From Candidatus Omnitrophota bacterium (GTDB lineage: Bacteria; Omnitrophota; Gorgyraeia; Zapsychrales; Fredricksoniimonadaceae), in NCBI GenBank assembly GCA_903901225.1, contig CAIUQE010000006.1, positions 15,369-79,368 of the forward strand: DNA of 64,000 bases, in the 5' to 3' direction. This document shows positions 39,597 through 48,900 of this stretch, in pieces. Numbering within the stretch: the stretch's first letter is position 1; every line of letters starts with the position of its first letter. The notes under the pieces were generated by a model, which saw only the letters and a program-made list of their open reading frames with translations, made no database searches and had not been told where the DNA came from. Position numbers and translations under genes: made by a program.

Positions 39597-40349
39597 TTAC
39601 AAGTCCGCAAGCAACGCGATTCCTTTGAATATCAGCTCCTGATCAACCACGACCCCCTGGTGTTTCATGAACTTCCGCATGATCTCGGCATGCCCGCCTG
39701 TCATGACCACCTTAAGCCTGTGGCCCATCTCCTCGCCCAGGCGATCGACCATGCCATCGCACAAGGCCCCGTAGCCATGGAATATCCCGCTCTGGATGCT
39801 CTCCTGGGTGGACCGCCCGATCACCTTATCAGGTTCTTCGATACGGACCATGGGCAAAAGAGCTGTCTTCTCAAATAAGGCCTCCGTAGACAACCGGATG
39901 CCGGGGATGATCGCCCCGCCCAGATAATCCCCTTTTAATGAAATGCCATCAAAGGTAATGGCCGTGCCAAGGTCAATGACAACCGATGGCGCACCGTAAA
40001 GCTCCCGGGCCGCGAACGCGCAGACAAGGCGGTCTTTCCCGACCTGGCGCGGACTGCGGTATTTGTTGCGGATAGGAACCTTGATATGGGGGCCAACGAT
40101 CTGGATGGGCGCGTCAAAATGCTTCTGAAGGAGTTTCTTCAAACGCCGGGTCGCGTCAGGTACCACACTGCAGATGATGATCCGCGTGACCGTGTGCTGG
40201 GCCGCCGCATGACCCAGGAAATTCTCAAGCTTCACCCGGACCAATTCGCTCTTTGGCTGGTTCTCGACCTTGAACACACGCGTGACCTGGCTGTTCTCAA
40301 TAAAGCCGAACCCGATGGTTGAATTGCCGATGTCGATGGCGAGGATCAT
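39597..40349 (-). CDS. coaX: Type III pantothenate kinase
   Basis: MILAIDIGNS, SVVP, VGKDR, VIDLGTA, GGAIIPG, TGG. Confidence 0.93.
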   Translation of the reverse strand: MILAIDIGNSTIGFGFIENSQVTRVFKVENQPKSELVRVKLENFLGHAAAQHTVTRIIICSVVPDATRRLKKLLQKHFDAPIQIVGPHIKVPIRNKYRSPRQVGKDRLVCAFAARELYGAPSVVIDLGTAITFDGISLKGDYLGGAIIPGIRLSTEALFEKTALLPMVRIEEPDKVIGRSTQESIQSGIFHGYGALCDGMVDRLGEEMGHRLKVVMTGGHAEIMRKFMKHQGVVVDQELIFKGIALLADL

Positions 40350-40383
40350 AAGAAAACCTGTTCCATGTGGTCCGGGGCAAGCG

Positions 40384-40773
40384 TTACTCGTCAAACTTGA
40401 CACCCGGAATGCGGGAGAAATCTTTGATGTTTGATGTCATCAAGGGATAACGCCAATGAAGGGACGTTGCCGCGATAAGGATGTCTTCCGTATGGATCAA
40501 GGATCCTTTTTTCTTGAGATCCGTATAAATATCCGCGGCACGCTGGGATATCGGCAAAGTTACATCGAGCACCGTGCACAAAGCAATAAGCTCCCGGCGT
40601 TGGGCAAGATGTTTGTCGGCCGTAACGCCCCGCAACAATTCAAAAACTGTAATGACCGATACCGCGCCCCGGGCCTCCAGGAGCAACCGCTCCACCCGCG
40701 CCGTTACCGGTTTGTTGTGTCCGGACAGAAAATCGAAGAGGACGCACGTGTCAAGGACTGTCACGTTCTCCAT
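40384..40773 (-). CDS. vapC: VapC-type PIN-domain toxin
   Basis: VLDTCVL, ELLRG, DILIAAT, LMTSNIKDF. Confidence 0.88.
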   Translation of the reverse strand: MENVTVLDTCVLFDFLSGHNKPVTARVERLLLEARGAVSVITVFELLRGVTADKHLAQRRELIALCTVLDVTLPISQRAADIYTDLKKKGSLIHTEDILIAATSLHWRYPLMTSNIKDFSRIPGVKFDE

Positions 40774-40997
40774 AGGGCGCGCCCCTCCTGGACATCCTTG
40801 AGCGCCTTGGCATGTTCCGTCAAAGACATGGAACCCTTGAGCCGCGCAACGGCGTTTTTGCGATCAACGGCATTCGAAGCAAAATAATTCTCCAGTGCCT
40901 CGACAATGATGGCGGAAAACCCTTTCAAATTACGGCTTGATGCCTCCCGGGACAAACGCTGGCGGATATGAACAGGCATATCGATCGTGGTGCGCAT
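40761..40997 (-). CDS. Putative RHH antitoxin (VapB-like)
   Basis: MRTTIDMP start with AGGAGG RBS; overlaps the vapC start. Confidence 0.75.
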   Translation of the reverse strand: MRTTIDMPVHIRQRLSREASSRNLKGFSAIIVEALENYFASNAVDRKNAVARLKGSMSLTEHAKALKDVQEGRALWRT

Positions 40998-41018
40998 AAT
41001 AAAACCTCCTGAGGCTTC

Positions 41019-41047
41019 AATATATACCACATGCATGTGCATGTCAA
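41019..41047 (-). promoter_or_regulatory. vapBC promoter with palindromic operator
   Basis: TTGACA-N17-TATATT; palindrome CACATGCATGTG (41028-41039) in the spacer. Confidence 0.7.
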
Positions 41048-41063
41048 TATCAGGTTGCAGAAT

Positions 41064-41771
41064 TTACGTTAAAAGCGCGCGCAGGGACTCGATGGCCTGA
41101 TTTTGATCCATAAAGAACGGGCTTGTGGCGATGGTGATGAACGGCGCCGTGGCGATCCAGGCGCGCAGGCGGGACAGCTTCAAGTCGCGGGGAATGTAAT
41201 CCATGACCGGGGCGAAAATATCCAGGTCGATATCAAGGACAAAGGGCGCGGGAGGATCAGCCATAAGCGCTTCGGCAGAACCGACCTGGACCACATCCTG
41301 GAACCAGCCCGCCCCAACGGCCGGGAGGATAAAATTGCCGACATCAAGCACATCATTGGCATAACGGCAGGCATCCTGAACACCATGACCCGTAAACCCG
41401 GAAGGTGGTGGGCGCGTATCCTTGTGCTGGTCCACATGGACAAGCCTGGCGCCAGGACGGATCGCCCCCGCGTGGATCCCGGCCGCCCAGCATGAAAAGG
41501 CATGGTTATGATTATCCATGACAAAAATATCATGCCCCGGTCGCTCGATATGGACAAAATGCTTCAGCCCCCTGGCATTCACCTCAACCCCGTCGACAAG
41601 ATCGCTGAAGACAACCTCAGGGCCGCACGCGACAGCATCAAGGCCACCTTTGATCAGGGGCGGGACATAAACCGTCCGGTGCTTCCTGTGCTCAAACGCG
41701 AACCTGTTATTGCCCAAGGGTGCGGTGATATCAAACCCGCGGTAGAATTCCTGAAGGCCGGCAATATCCAT
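41064..41771 (-). CDS. UPF0489 family protein
   Basis: DNHNHAF, VHVDQHKD, GNFI, LDIDLDIF, TIATSPFF. Confidence 0.75.
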   Translation of the reverse strand: MDIAGLQEFYRGFDITAPLGNNRFAFEHRKHRTVYVPPLIKGGLDAVACGPEVVFSDLVDGVEVNARGLKHFVHIERPGHDIFVMDNHNHAFSCWAAGIHAGAIRPGARLVHVDQHKDTRPPPSGFTGHGVQDACRYANDVLDVGNFILPAVGAGWFQDVVQVGSAEALMADPPAPFVLDIDLDIFAPVMDYIPRDLKLSRLRAWIATAPFITIATSPFFMDQNQAIESLRALLT

Positions 41772-42778
41772 TATAACTGCAATTTGTCGACGTCGGCCTG
41801 CGTGAGCACGGCCGCGATGACCTGGCTGATCTTCTCAGGCTCCTGCTTCGGCCAGCATTGCAACGGCAAAGGCGCCAGGCCGCGGGATTTGGAATGGAAC
41901 TGTGCCAGGCCGGCCACGAACGCCAGACGCGCCTCATCGATCTTCCCGCCGCGCAACAGGGCCGCGGGGCCGGGAAATACCGTCGGACGAAGGATGACAT
42001 CTCCGGGCACGGCGTAGCGGATAAGTTTTTCATTCTCGGCATCATCCCTGCCGAGGATAACAAAAGCTGCGTCATCAATGCGGAAGTACCGTCCCAACCC
42101 CAGCACCGCGGTCGCGGCAATATTGTCACAGCCGCGTTTGAGCACATCCTCGATCCTGGCCCCGAAAAGCTTCTCGGTCAGCAGGCACCCGCCCCCCGGT
42201 GAGGAGAACCCGCCCAGTCCCAATTCTTTCGCGAGGGCGAACTGCCGCTTGCGGGAGCGGCCGGAAATATCCAATAGTTTGTTACGATCCACAATGCCTT
42301 CCTGTTCCGCGATGGTCGGCGGCAACAGCTTCGCCGACATGGGCCGCAACAACTGCCCCGGTATGCCCGCATCCTGTTCGACCCAGCCCAGGCATTCCCG
42401 CCGCTGGGACATGGGCCTCTGGCCGAGAACCTCTCCGGTAAAAACAAACGACGCGCCGATCTCCTTCATGTACGCCGCGGCTTTCCTGATCATATAGATG
42501 TGACAATCGACACAAGGATTGTGCGCCGAACCAAAGCCGTATTTGGGCTTTGTGAGGACCGGCAGGTAATCATCCCCCAGCGGGATACTCTTGAAGGGGA
42601 TGCCGAACTTTTCCGCCAGCGCCGTAACACGAGACGGACGGCCACACCCCCAGGGCATGGAAATATTCATCGCGTGGACCTCGATACCCTGGTCCAGCAG
42701 AAATTTCGTTGCGATAGTGCTGTCGAGGCCGCCCGATAGAAGACCGACAGCTTTGTGCGGTTTACTTGCGTTTTTCAA
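41771..42778 (-). CDS. PP-loop tRNA thiouridylase-like protein (ThiI/MnmA-related)
   Basis: LSGGLDS, NPCVDCH, TGEVLGQRPMSQ, GGCLLT. Confidence 0.8.
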   Translation of the reverse strand: MKNASKPHKAVGLLSGGLDSTIATKFLLDQGIEVHAMNISMPWGCGRPSRVTALAEKFGIPFKSIPLGDDYLPVLTKPKYGFGSAHNPCVDCHIYMIRKAAAYMKEIGASFVFTGEVLGQRPMSQRRECLGWVEQDAGIPGQLLRPMSAKLLPPTIAEQEGIVDRNKLLDISGRSRKRQFALAKELGLGGFSSPGGGCLLTEKLFGARIEDVLKRGCDNIAATAVLGLGRYFRIDDAAFVILGRDDAENEKLIRYAVPGDVILRPTVFPGPAALLRGGKIDEARLAFVAGLAQFHSKSRGLAPLPLQCWPKQEPEKISQVIAAVLTQADVDKLQL

Positions 42779-43400
42779 GAATAAGCTCCCCTTTTTTTGT
42801 GTCCATGGAAAAAATAAAATTCTCCAGGAACGTCATCCCCAACAAGCCGTCAGCGAGCTTGAGGTTGTCCTGGTCAAGGACAATGGCCTTGACATTATGG
42901 ACCTTTGCTTCTCCGACAGCAACTTCGCTGATATCGACCGCGCGTCCGCGCACATAACCACCCCCGGCGAGCATCACCGGCACCACCTGAGCGCCCGAGG
43001 TCTTCAACTTCAGTTTCTTTGACATGGCCCGCGACACCTGCATGGCGCTCGCCCCTGTATCAAGGAGCAATCGCGCCGGGACCTTGCCGTTGAACGTGAC
43101 ACGCACATAAAAACTCGTTCCCTCGCGTTCCAGCGGGACCACAAGGCGCCCCCCCGACAACGTCACCCTTGAAGTCTTATGACGGGGCGACTCCCGCGAT
43201 AAATTTTTATTGGTCTGATTCGCGGTCTGCCCGGCCATGGACGTCCCCGTGTAAACCACGCCGCCGACGGCTTTCGCGGCGGTCCAACCCGCCTTGCCGA
43301 CAACCCCGACAGCCTCTCCGCCGGCCTCAAGAAGAGTGCACCCGCAGCCAAAAGCCACAAGACCACACAAAAATATTAAATACCCTGCTCTCATATTCAA
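42762..43400 (-). CDS. Retropepsin-like (clan AA) aspartic protease, probably a lipoprotein
   Basis: LLDTGAS and GLLGMTFL; N-terminal hydrophobic segment with Cys. Confidence 0.85.
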   Translation of the reverse strand: MNMRAGYLIFLCGLVAFGCGCTLLEAGGEAVGVVGKAGWTAAKAVGGVVYTGTSMAGQTANQTNKNLSRESPRHKTSRVTLSGGRLVVPLEREGTSFYVRVTFNGKVPARLLLDTGASAMQVSRAMSKKLKLKTSGAQVVPVMLAGGGYVRGRAVDISEVAVGEAKVHNVKAIVLDQDNLKLADGLLGMTFLENFIFSMDTKKGELILEKRK

Positions 43401-45379
43401 TGGGCTCCCTTGCCTTTTAGGTCCATGATCAGGTCACGCAATTTCGCGGCTTTCTCAAATTCCAGGTTGCGCGCGGCAAGGTCCATCCGGCGTTCCAGCT
43501 CCGCCACTTCCTGGCCCTGGTCATATTCTTCCTTTGCCTGGCCTGTCACTTCCCGGACAAACTCCTCGGCCTCGGCCCACGCCTCAATGCCGGTCTTGAT
43601 GGCCTTGTCAATGGTGCGGGGCGTGATGTTATGCTGCTGGTTATACGCGACCTGGATCTTGCGGCGGCGGTCACACTCGCCGATGGTCGCGCGCATGGCA
43701 TCCGAGACCGTGTCCGCGTACATGATGACAATGCCGCTGACATTGCGCGCCGCGCGGCCCGCGGTCTGAATGAGCGACGTCTGCGAGCGCAGGAAACCCT
43801 GCTTGTCCGCGTCGAAGATCGCGACGAGCGACACCTCCGGCAGGTCAAGCCCTTCGCGCAGAAGGTTGACGCCGACGATGCAATCATATTTCTTAAGGCG
43901 CAGGTCCTGCAGGATCTTCGTCCGTTCAATGGTCTCGATGTCCGAATGCAGGTATTTGACGCTCAACCCCTGCTCCTGAAGATAGGCGGAAAGGTCTTCC
44001 GACATCCGCTTCGTCAGGGTGGTGATGAGCGTCCGTTCTTTTTTCGCGACCCGCGCCTTGACCTCGCGCACCACATCCTCGACCTGGCCTGTGGTCGGGC
44101 GCACCTCAATATGGGGGTCCGGAATGCCCGTGGGGCGGATGACCTGCTCAACAACCCTCCCGCCTGCGGCCTTGATCTCAAAAGGCGCCGGGGTCGCCGA
44201 AACATAAATGGTCTGCCCTGTTACGGCCTGGAACTCCTCAAAACGCAACGGCCTGTTGTCGAGGCATGAGGGCAGGCGAAAACCATGCGCTACCAGCATT
44301 TCCTTGCGGGCGCGATCGCCCTCGTACATCCCGCGGATCTGCGGGCACGTCACATGCGATTCATCGATAACGACAAGAAGGTCTTTGGGGAAATAATCAA
44401 TGAGGCACGATGGCCTCGCCCCGGGAGGACGATCGGCAAGGACGCGGGAATAATTCTCAATGCCATTGCAATAACCCATCTCGCGCATCATTTCCATGTC
44501 ATATTTTGTCCGCGACCCCAGGCGCTGGGCCTCAAGGAGCTTCCCCTGCGCCGTCAGTTCCGCGACGCGCGCGGTCATTTCACGTTCGATCTCGGCCAGG
44601 GCCTTTTCCATCTTGGGCTGGGCGACAACGAAATGTTTAGCGGGAAAAACAGCGGCCTGGTCCAGTTCCTGCTGGACCTCGCCGGTCAGCGCGTCCACCT
44701 GGCGGATGCGCTCGATCTCATCGTCGAAGAATTCAATGCGCAGGACATCCTGGCGGTAAGCCGGAAAGACCTCGACGATATCGCCCCGCACGCGGATCCT
44801 GCCGCGCGCAAGGTCATGGTCATTGCGTTCATACTGGATATCCAGCAGCCGCCGCAAGAGATCATCGCGGTCCACCTTGTCCCCCCGCTTGAAACACACC
44901 AGGCTGTTCTGGTAATCTTCGGGAGAACCAAGGTTGTAGATGCACGAAACGCTCGCGACAATGATGACATCGCGGCGCGACATGAGCGATGTCGTCGCCG
45001 CCAGGCGCAGGCGGTCAAGCCGGTCATTGATCGAAGCGTCTTTCTCGATATAAACATCAGTCGAGGGAATATACGCTTCAGGCTGGTAATAATCGTAATA
45101 GCTCACAAAATACTCGACGGCATTCGAAGGGAAGAATTCCTTGAACTCCCCGTAAAGCTGGGCCGCGAGGGTCTTGTTATGGGAGATGACAAGGGTGGGC
45201 CGGTGACTGCGGGCGATCACATTGGCCAGCGTGAACGTCTTGCCGCTGCCCGTGACCCCGAGCAGGACCTGCGCGTTCTCACCCGCCGCGATCCCGGCCG
45301 TCAGGATATCGGCCGCTTTTTTCTGGTCTGGGATAAGTTTGAACGAAGACTGCAACTGGAATGACGGCATAACGACCAC
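43397..45379 (-). CDS. uvrB: Excinuclease ABC subunit B
   Basis: GVTGSGKT, YFVSYYDYYQPEAY, DESH, UVR tail; start approximate. Confidence 0.97.
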   Translation of the reverse strand: MVVMPSFQLQSSFKLIPDQKKAADILTAGIAAGENAQVLLGVTGSGKTFTLANVIARSHRPTLVISHNKTLAAQLYGEFKEFFPSNAVEYFVSYYDYYQPEAYIPSTDVYIEKDASINDRLDRLRLAATTSLMSRRDVIIVASVSCIYNLGSPEDYQNSLVCFKRGDKVDRDDLLRRLLDIQYERNDHDLARGRIRVRGDIVEVFPAYRQDVLRIEFFDDEIERIRQVDALTGEVQQELDQAAVFPAKHFVVAQPKMEKALAEIEREMTARVAELTAQGKLLEAQRLGSRTKYDMEMMREMGYCNGIENYSRVLADRPPGARPSCLIDYFPKDLLVVIDESHVTCPQIRGMYEGDRARKEMLVAHGFRLPSCLDNRPLRFEEFQAVTGQTIYVSATPAPFEIKAAGGRVVEQVIRPTGIPDPHIEVRPTTGQVEDVVREVKARVAKKERTLITTLTKRMSEDLSAYLQEQGLSVKYLHSDIETIERTKILQDLRLKKYDCIVGVNLLREGLDLPEVSLVAIFDADKQGFLRSQTSLIQTAGRAARNVSGIVIMYADTVSDAMRATIGECDRRRKIQVAYNQQHNITPRTIDKAIKTGIEAWAEAEEFVREVTGQAKEEYDQGQEVAELERRMDLAARNLEFEKAAKLRDLIMDLKGKGAH

Positions 45380-45406
45380 ATCGCCGGGCCCGGGACGGAG
45401 AGAGCC

Positions 45407-45706
45407 TCAGCAGATCTTCCCGTGCTTGTAGGGGCGAAGCTTGTTCTTGTCGCACTTCTTGAGGATCTCGGCCTCGATGTCGATCCCCATCCCCCCGCAA
45501 AGGTCAAAGAGGCGGATGAACGTGTCTGCCAGCTCTTCCTTGAAATTCGCGTCATCCTGTTTGCGGTGGGCTTCCATGGCCTCGGCAAGCTCGGTGACGA
45601 CGAGCATCAGGGCCTCGCCCGTGTTGCGGGGCTTGTCCCAGAAACCCTTGGACTTGGCGATGGCGTGGCAAAGTTCGGTCATCTCTTTGATCGTGGGTGC
45701 GCTCAT
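45407..45706 (-). CDS. MazG-like NTP pyrophosphohydrolase
   Basis: ELAEAMEA...EELAD, NKLRPYKHGK. Confidence 0.8.
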   Translation of the reverse strand: MSAPTIKEMTELCHAIAKSKGFWDKPRNTGEALMLVVTELAEAMEAHRKQDDANFKEELADTFIRLFDLCGGMGIDIEAEILKKCDKNKLRPYKHGKIC

Positions 45707-45735
45707 GGCTGTTTCCTTTCCAGGTCCGGAAAATA

Positions 45736-46440
45736 TTATTTCGGGTAACGCTCCAGAAAATTCATCATGTCCGCCGACAGCTTCGCTTCCACCTTGACAG
45801 CCTTGCCCGTGAAAGGATGCTTGAAGGATATTTCCGCCGCGTGCAGGGCCGTGCGCTTGAACTTGAGGTCATAGTCCTTGCGAAAAATATACTTGTTCTC
45901 ACCGACGATCGGGTTACCTATCCCCTTGAAATGAAGGCGCAGCTGGTTGGTCCGGCCCGTGATCGGCTCGGCCTCGACGATGGTGAACTGCTTGCGGAAC
46001 TCGAGAACCTTGTATTTCGTGAAAGCATCCTTGGCCCCCGCGTCAGGAGAGAATTTGTCCGCGAACGCGTCCTTGACGGGAATGCTGATCGTCCCGGCCG
46101 GGCGCGTGACCCTGCCGTGCACGAACACGATATATTTCTTGTGGACCAGGCGTTTATGGAACAATCCCATCAAAGCCTGCTGGCTGGCCTTGCCTTTGGC
46201 AAAAAAGATCGCGCCTGAAGTTTCCCGGTCAAGCCGGTGACACGGATGCAGTTTCGCGCCCGGGACGCCGTTGACCTCTTCCCGGTAGAATTCATTGACC
46301 TCATCTTCAAGGCACTGCTCTTTCTCCTGACGGGACGCGGCGGCCACGCTCAACAGGCCAGCCGGTTTGTAGAACGCCATGAACTGTTCGTCCTCATACA
46401 GGACCTTGACGGGCCTGCCGGAGGTGTAACGCTTAGACAT
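45736..46440 (-). CDS. RluA family pseudouridine synthase
   Basis: KPAGL, HRLDRETSG, TGRTNQLR, LHA. Confidence 0.9.
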   Translation of the reverse strand: MSKRYTSGRPVKVLYEDEQFMAFYKPAGLLSVAAASRQEKEQCLEDEVNEFYREEVNGVPGAKLHPCHRLDRETSGAIFFAKGKASQQALMGLFHKRLVHKKYIVFVHGRVTRPAGTISIPVKDAFADKFSPDAGAKDAFTKYKVLEFRKQFTIVEAEPITGRTNQLRLHFKGIGNPIVGENKYIFRKDYDLKFKRTALHAAEISFKHPFTGKAVKVEAKLSADMMNFLERYPK

Positions 46441-46600
46441 GGGGTTCCTCTTCATCCGCCCCGAAACGCTCCTGCAAAAGGCGCGTGAGGCGGTTGAGCT
46501 TGACGATGATGATGACGGGAAAAACGATCAGCCACATCTGGAACAGGAGCGCCAGAAAAACCTGCGCTGAACTGACGGAAATATTGAATGAATTTTCCAT
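46433..46600 (-). CDS. 55-aa single-pass membrane protein (not in ORF track)
   Basis: MENSFNISVSSAQVFLALLFQMWLIVFPVIIIVKLNRLTRLLQERFGADEEEPHV; GAGG RBS; stop overlaps the next start. Confidence 0.7.
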   Translation of the reverse strand: MENSFNISVSSAQVFLALLFQMWLIVFPVIIIVKLNRLTRLLQERFGADEEEPHV

Positions 46601-46636
46601 ATTATCCTCGGATAACTTTGAAGTGGACCATCCCGT

Positions 46637-47023
46637 TCAGTTCTGACGGCCCCGCGTTTCTCTGCCGGCAAGGATGCTGTCGACAAAATCAGTGAGGATG
46701 CCGCTGTCCCGGGGATGGATGTCATTAAAAAATATGGCGGTGTTGAACGCGTTTTCACCGGGGATGTTCTCCGTGCGCACCACCACGCCGCCGCAGGTGA
46801 TCTTTTTCGTCGCGCCCCGCCCCGCTTTCTTCATGGGAAGCAGCAGGATGATCTGCAGCTTCATCATGGGCTCAAGGAACTCGTTGACCCGGCAATAAAC
46901 ACCCGAGCAGCTGATATTCCGGCTCTCGGTGACAAGGTCGGCCTTCGGCCCGCAGATCTTCAACGGGATATTGTTGTCAACACGCGGATGACGACGTTGT
47001 TCTTGCGAAGGATTCCCGCTCAC
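46637..47023 (-). CDS. PilZ domain protein
   Basis: RRHPR and NISCSG motifs. Confidence 0.85.
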   Translation of the reverse strand: MSGNPSQEQRRHPRVDNNIPLKICGPKADLVTESRNISCSGVYCRVNEFLEPMMKLQIILLLPMKKAGRGATKKITCGGVVVRTENIPGENAFNTAIFFNDIHPRDSGILTDFVDSILAGRETRGRQN

Positions 47024-47037
47024 ATTTCCTCCTTGCC

Positions 47038-47382
47038 TCAGGTCGACCTGACAAACTTGCCTATGGTCCCGCGCTGGAAATCAGCTTCGTTGATGAACTC
47101 CAGCCCGATCTGATAATTCTCGGCCATGGGATTATACCGCACCCAGACCACGCGGCCCTCAACATCCAGGACCTTCGTGCGGTCCTCAAGCTGTATCCTG
47201 ACGGTGACCTGGCTGTTAATGGGAAGGAATTCGGAAGCCATGAACCTCACACCGCCCTGGCTCAGGTCCTGGGCCATCTGATCGCAAAAACTTTCACTGG
47301 CAGCCGTATGGAACCTGAGCGGCCGCTTGAACGGCACCCGGATAAATTGCCTGCTGTTAATGCTTCTGGTGGCTGTAGGCAT
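47038..47382 (-). CDS. PilZ domain protein
   Basis: RQFIR and DLSQGG motifs. Confidence 0.85.
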   Translation of the reverse strand: MPTATRSINSRQFIRVPFKRPLRFHTAASESFCDQMAQDLSQGGVRFMASEFLPINSQVTVRIQLEDRTKVLDVEGRVVWVRYNPMAENYQIGLEFINEADFQRGTIGKFVRST

Positions 47383-47483
47383 AAATTTTCTCTTTATAAC
47401 GAAAATATTATATCATAGAAGAAAATCGTCCCTAGCAACTTTTAGACGATTTTCAACCTTCGCCGCCATCCTGTTATATAATA

Positions 47484-48299
47484 TTGCCCATGTACAAACA
47501 GTTCTACGGCTTCAAAGAAAACGCGTTCAATATCACCTCGGACCCCGCCTTCTATTTTGAGAGCGACCAGCACAAGGAAGCTTACGCGCACCTCCTTTAC
47601 GGCATCAGGAACCGCAAAGGCATCATCTCCATGACAGGCGAGGTCGGGACTGGAAAGACCACCCTTTGCCGCATCCTCCTGAACCAGATCGACGAAAAGA
47701 TAAAGACCGCCTTCATCCTCAACCCCAGCTTTTCGCAGATCCAGCTCCTGCAGCTCATCACCAAGGACCTGGGGATACCCCTGCCGGCCAAGACGAACAA
47801 CAAGCTCGAGCTTATCAACACCCTGAACCAGTTCCTCATCGATGAAACATCCAAAGGGCATAACGTGGCCGTCATCATCGACGAGGCGCAAAACCTCAAT
47901 ATCCACCAGCTTGAACAGATCCGCCTGCTCTCCAACCTCGAGACCGAGAAGGACAAGCTCCTGCAGATCATTCTCGTCGGCCAACCGGAACTTCTTGATA
48001 AATTGAAGAAACCCTCCCTGCGCCAACTCAATTCGCGCGTGAGCGTGCGCTACCATATCCAGCCGCTCGCGCGGGACGAGATAAAAAAATACATCAACCA
48101 CCGGCTTGCCATCGCCGGAGCGCCGCCCGTCCTGAAATTCACCGACGCGGCCGTTAACGATATCTTCACATTCTCAAAAGGGACCCCGCGCCTCATCAAC
48201 ATCCTGTGCGAGCACGCGCTTTTGGCGGGATTCGTGAATGAGACCATGACCATCGACGACGATATCATCAAAAGCGCGGCCAAAGAGGCTTTGGGCTGA
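47484..48299 (+). CDS. ExeA/GspA/MshM-like AAA ATPase (no peptidoglycan-binding domain)
   Basis: YGFKENAF, GEVGTGKTT, IIDEAQNL, VGQPEL, GTPRLIN. Confidence 0.88.
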   Translation: MPMYKQFYGFKENAFNITSDPAFYFESDQHKEAYAHLLYGIRNRKGIISMTGEVGTGKTTLCRILLNQIDEKIKTAFILNPSFSQIQLLQLITKDLGIPLPAKTNNKLELINTLNQFLIDETSKGHNVAVIIDEAQNLNIHQLEQIRLLSNLETEKDKLLQIILVGQPELLDKLKKPSLRQLNSRVSVRYHIQPLARDEIKKYINHRLAIAGAPPVLKFTDAAVNDIFTFSKGTPRLINILCEHALLAGFVNETMTIDDDIIKSAAKEALG

Positions 48300-48300
48300 T

Positions 48301-48900
48301 ATGAGCATCATCCACGACGCCTTGAAAAAAGTCCAGCAATCCAATCCCGGCGGGGCACCGAAACCCGCGGCGCCGCTCCCACCTCAGCCGCGAACGCCCG
48401 ATCCTGCCAACATGCCGGAAAGGACCAATATCCCCTTGCTGGTGGCCGTTCTATGCGCCGCCATCGCCATGCTTTTCGCGGCCTTGCCCCACTTCACCTC
48501 AAAAGGGCCCGCCGCTTCAGTTAAAAATGAGAAACCCGCGGCCCTGCCGCAGCCCGCGCAAAACGTTCCACCTCCGGTTCCTGGGCCTGTCCCTCCTTCA
48601 TCGCATGCCATGGCCCAGGCGCTGGCGGGTGCCGTGGCCGTTCCAACCGTACCGGCCGGCGCTCAAACCGTCCCTGTAAAAGAACCGACACCCCGTGAAC
48701 CGGCGGACCCGAATGACCCTCTGGGAAGCGTGCAGATCGAAGGTGTGCTGGAAACAGGCGGGAAAAAAGCCGTTCTGATCAACGGCAATATTTACGAGGA
48801 AGGCCAGACCATTTACGGCCGGATCATCATGCAGATCTCATTCGACGAACTTACTGTGATCGACAACGGCCGCAAACGCGTCCTGCGCATCAAGCCCTGA
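48301..48900 (+). CDS. ExeB/GspB-like membrane protein
   Basis: MSIIHDALKK start, TM helix, Pro-rich linker, VLINGNIYEEGQ. Confidence 0.75.
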   Translation: MSIIHDALKKVQQSNPGGAPKPAAPLPPQPRTPDPANMPERTNIPLLVAVLCAAIAMLFAALPHFTSKGPAASVKNEKPAALPQPAQNVPPPVPGPVPPSSHAMAQALAGAVAVPTVPAGAQTVPVKEPTPREPADPNDPLGSVQIEGVLETGGKKAVLINGNIYEEGQTIYGRIIMQISFDELTVIDNGRKRVLRIKP

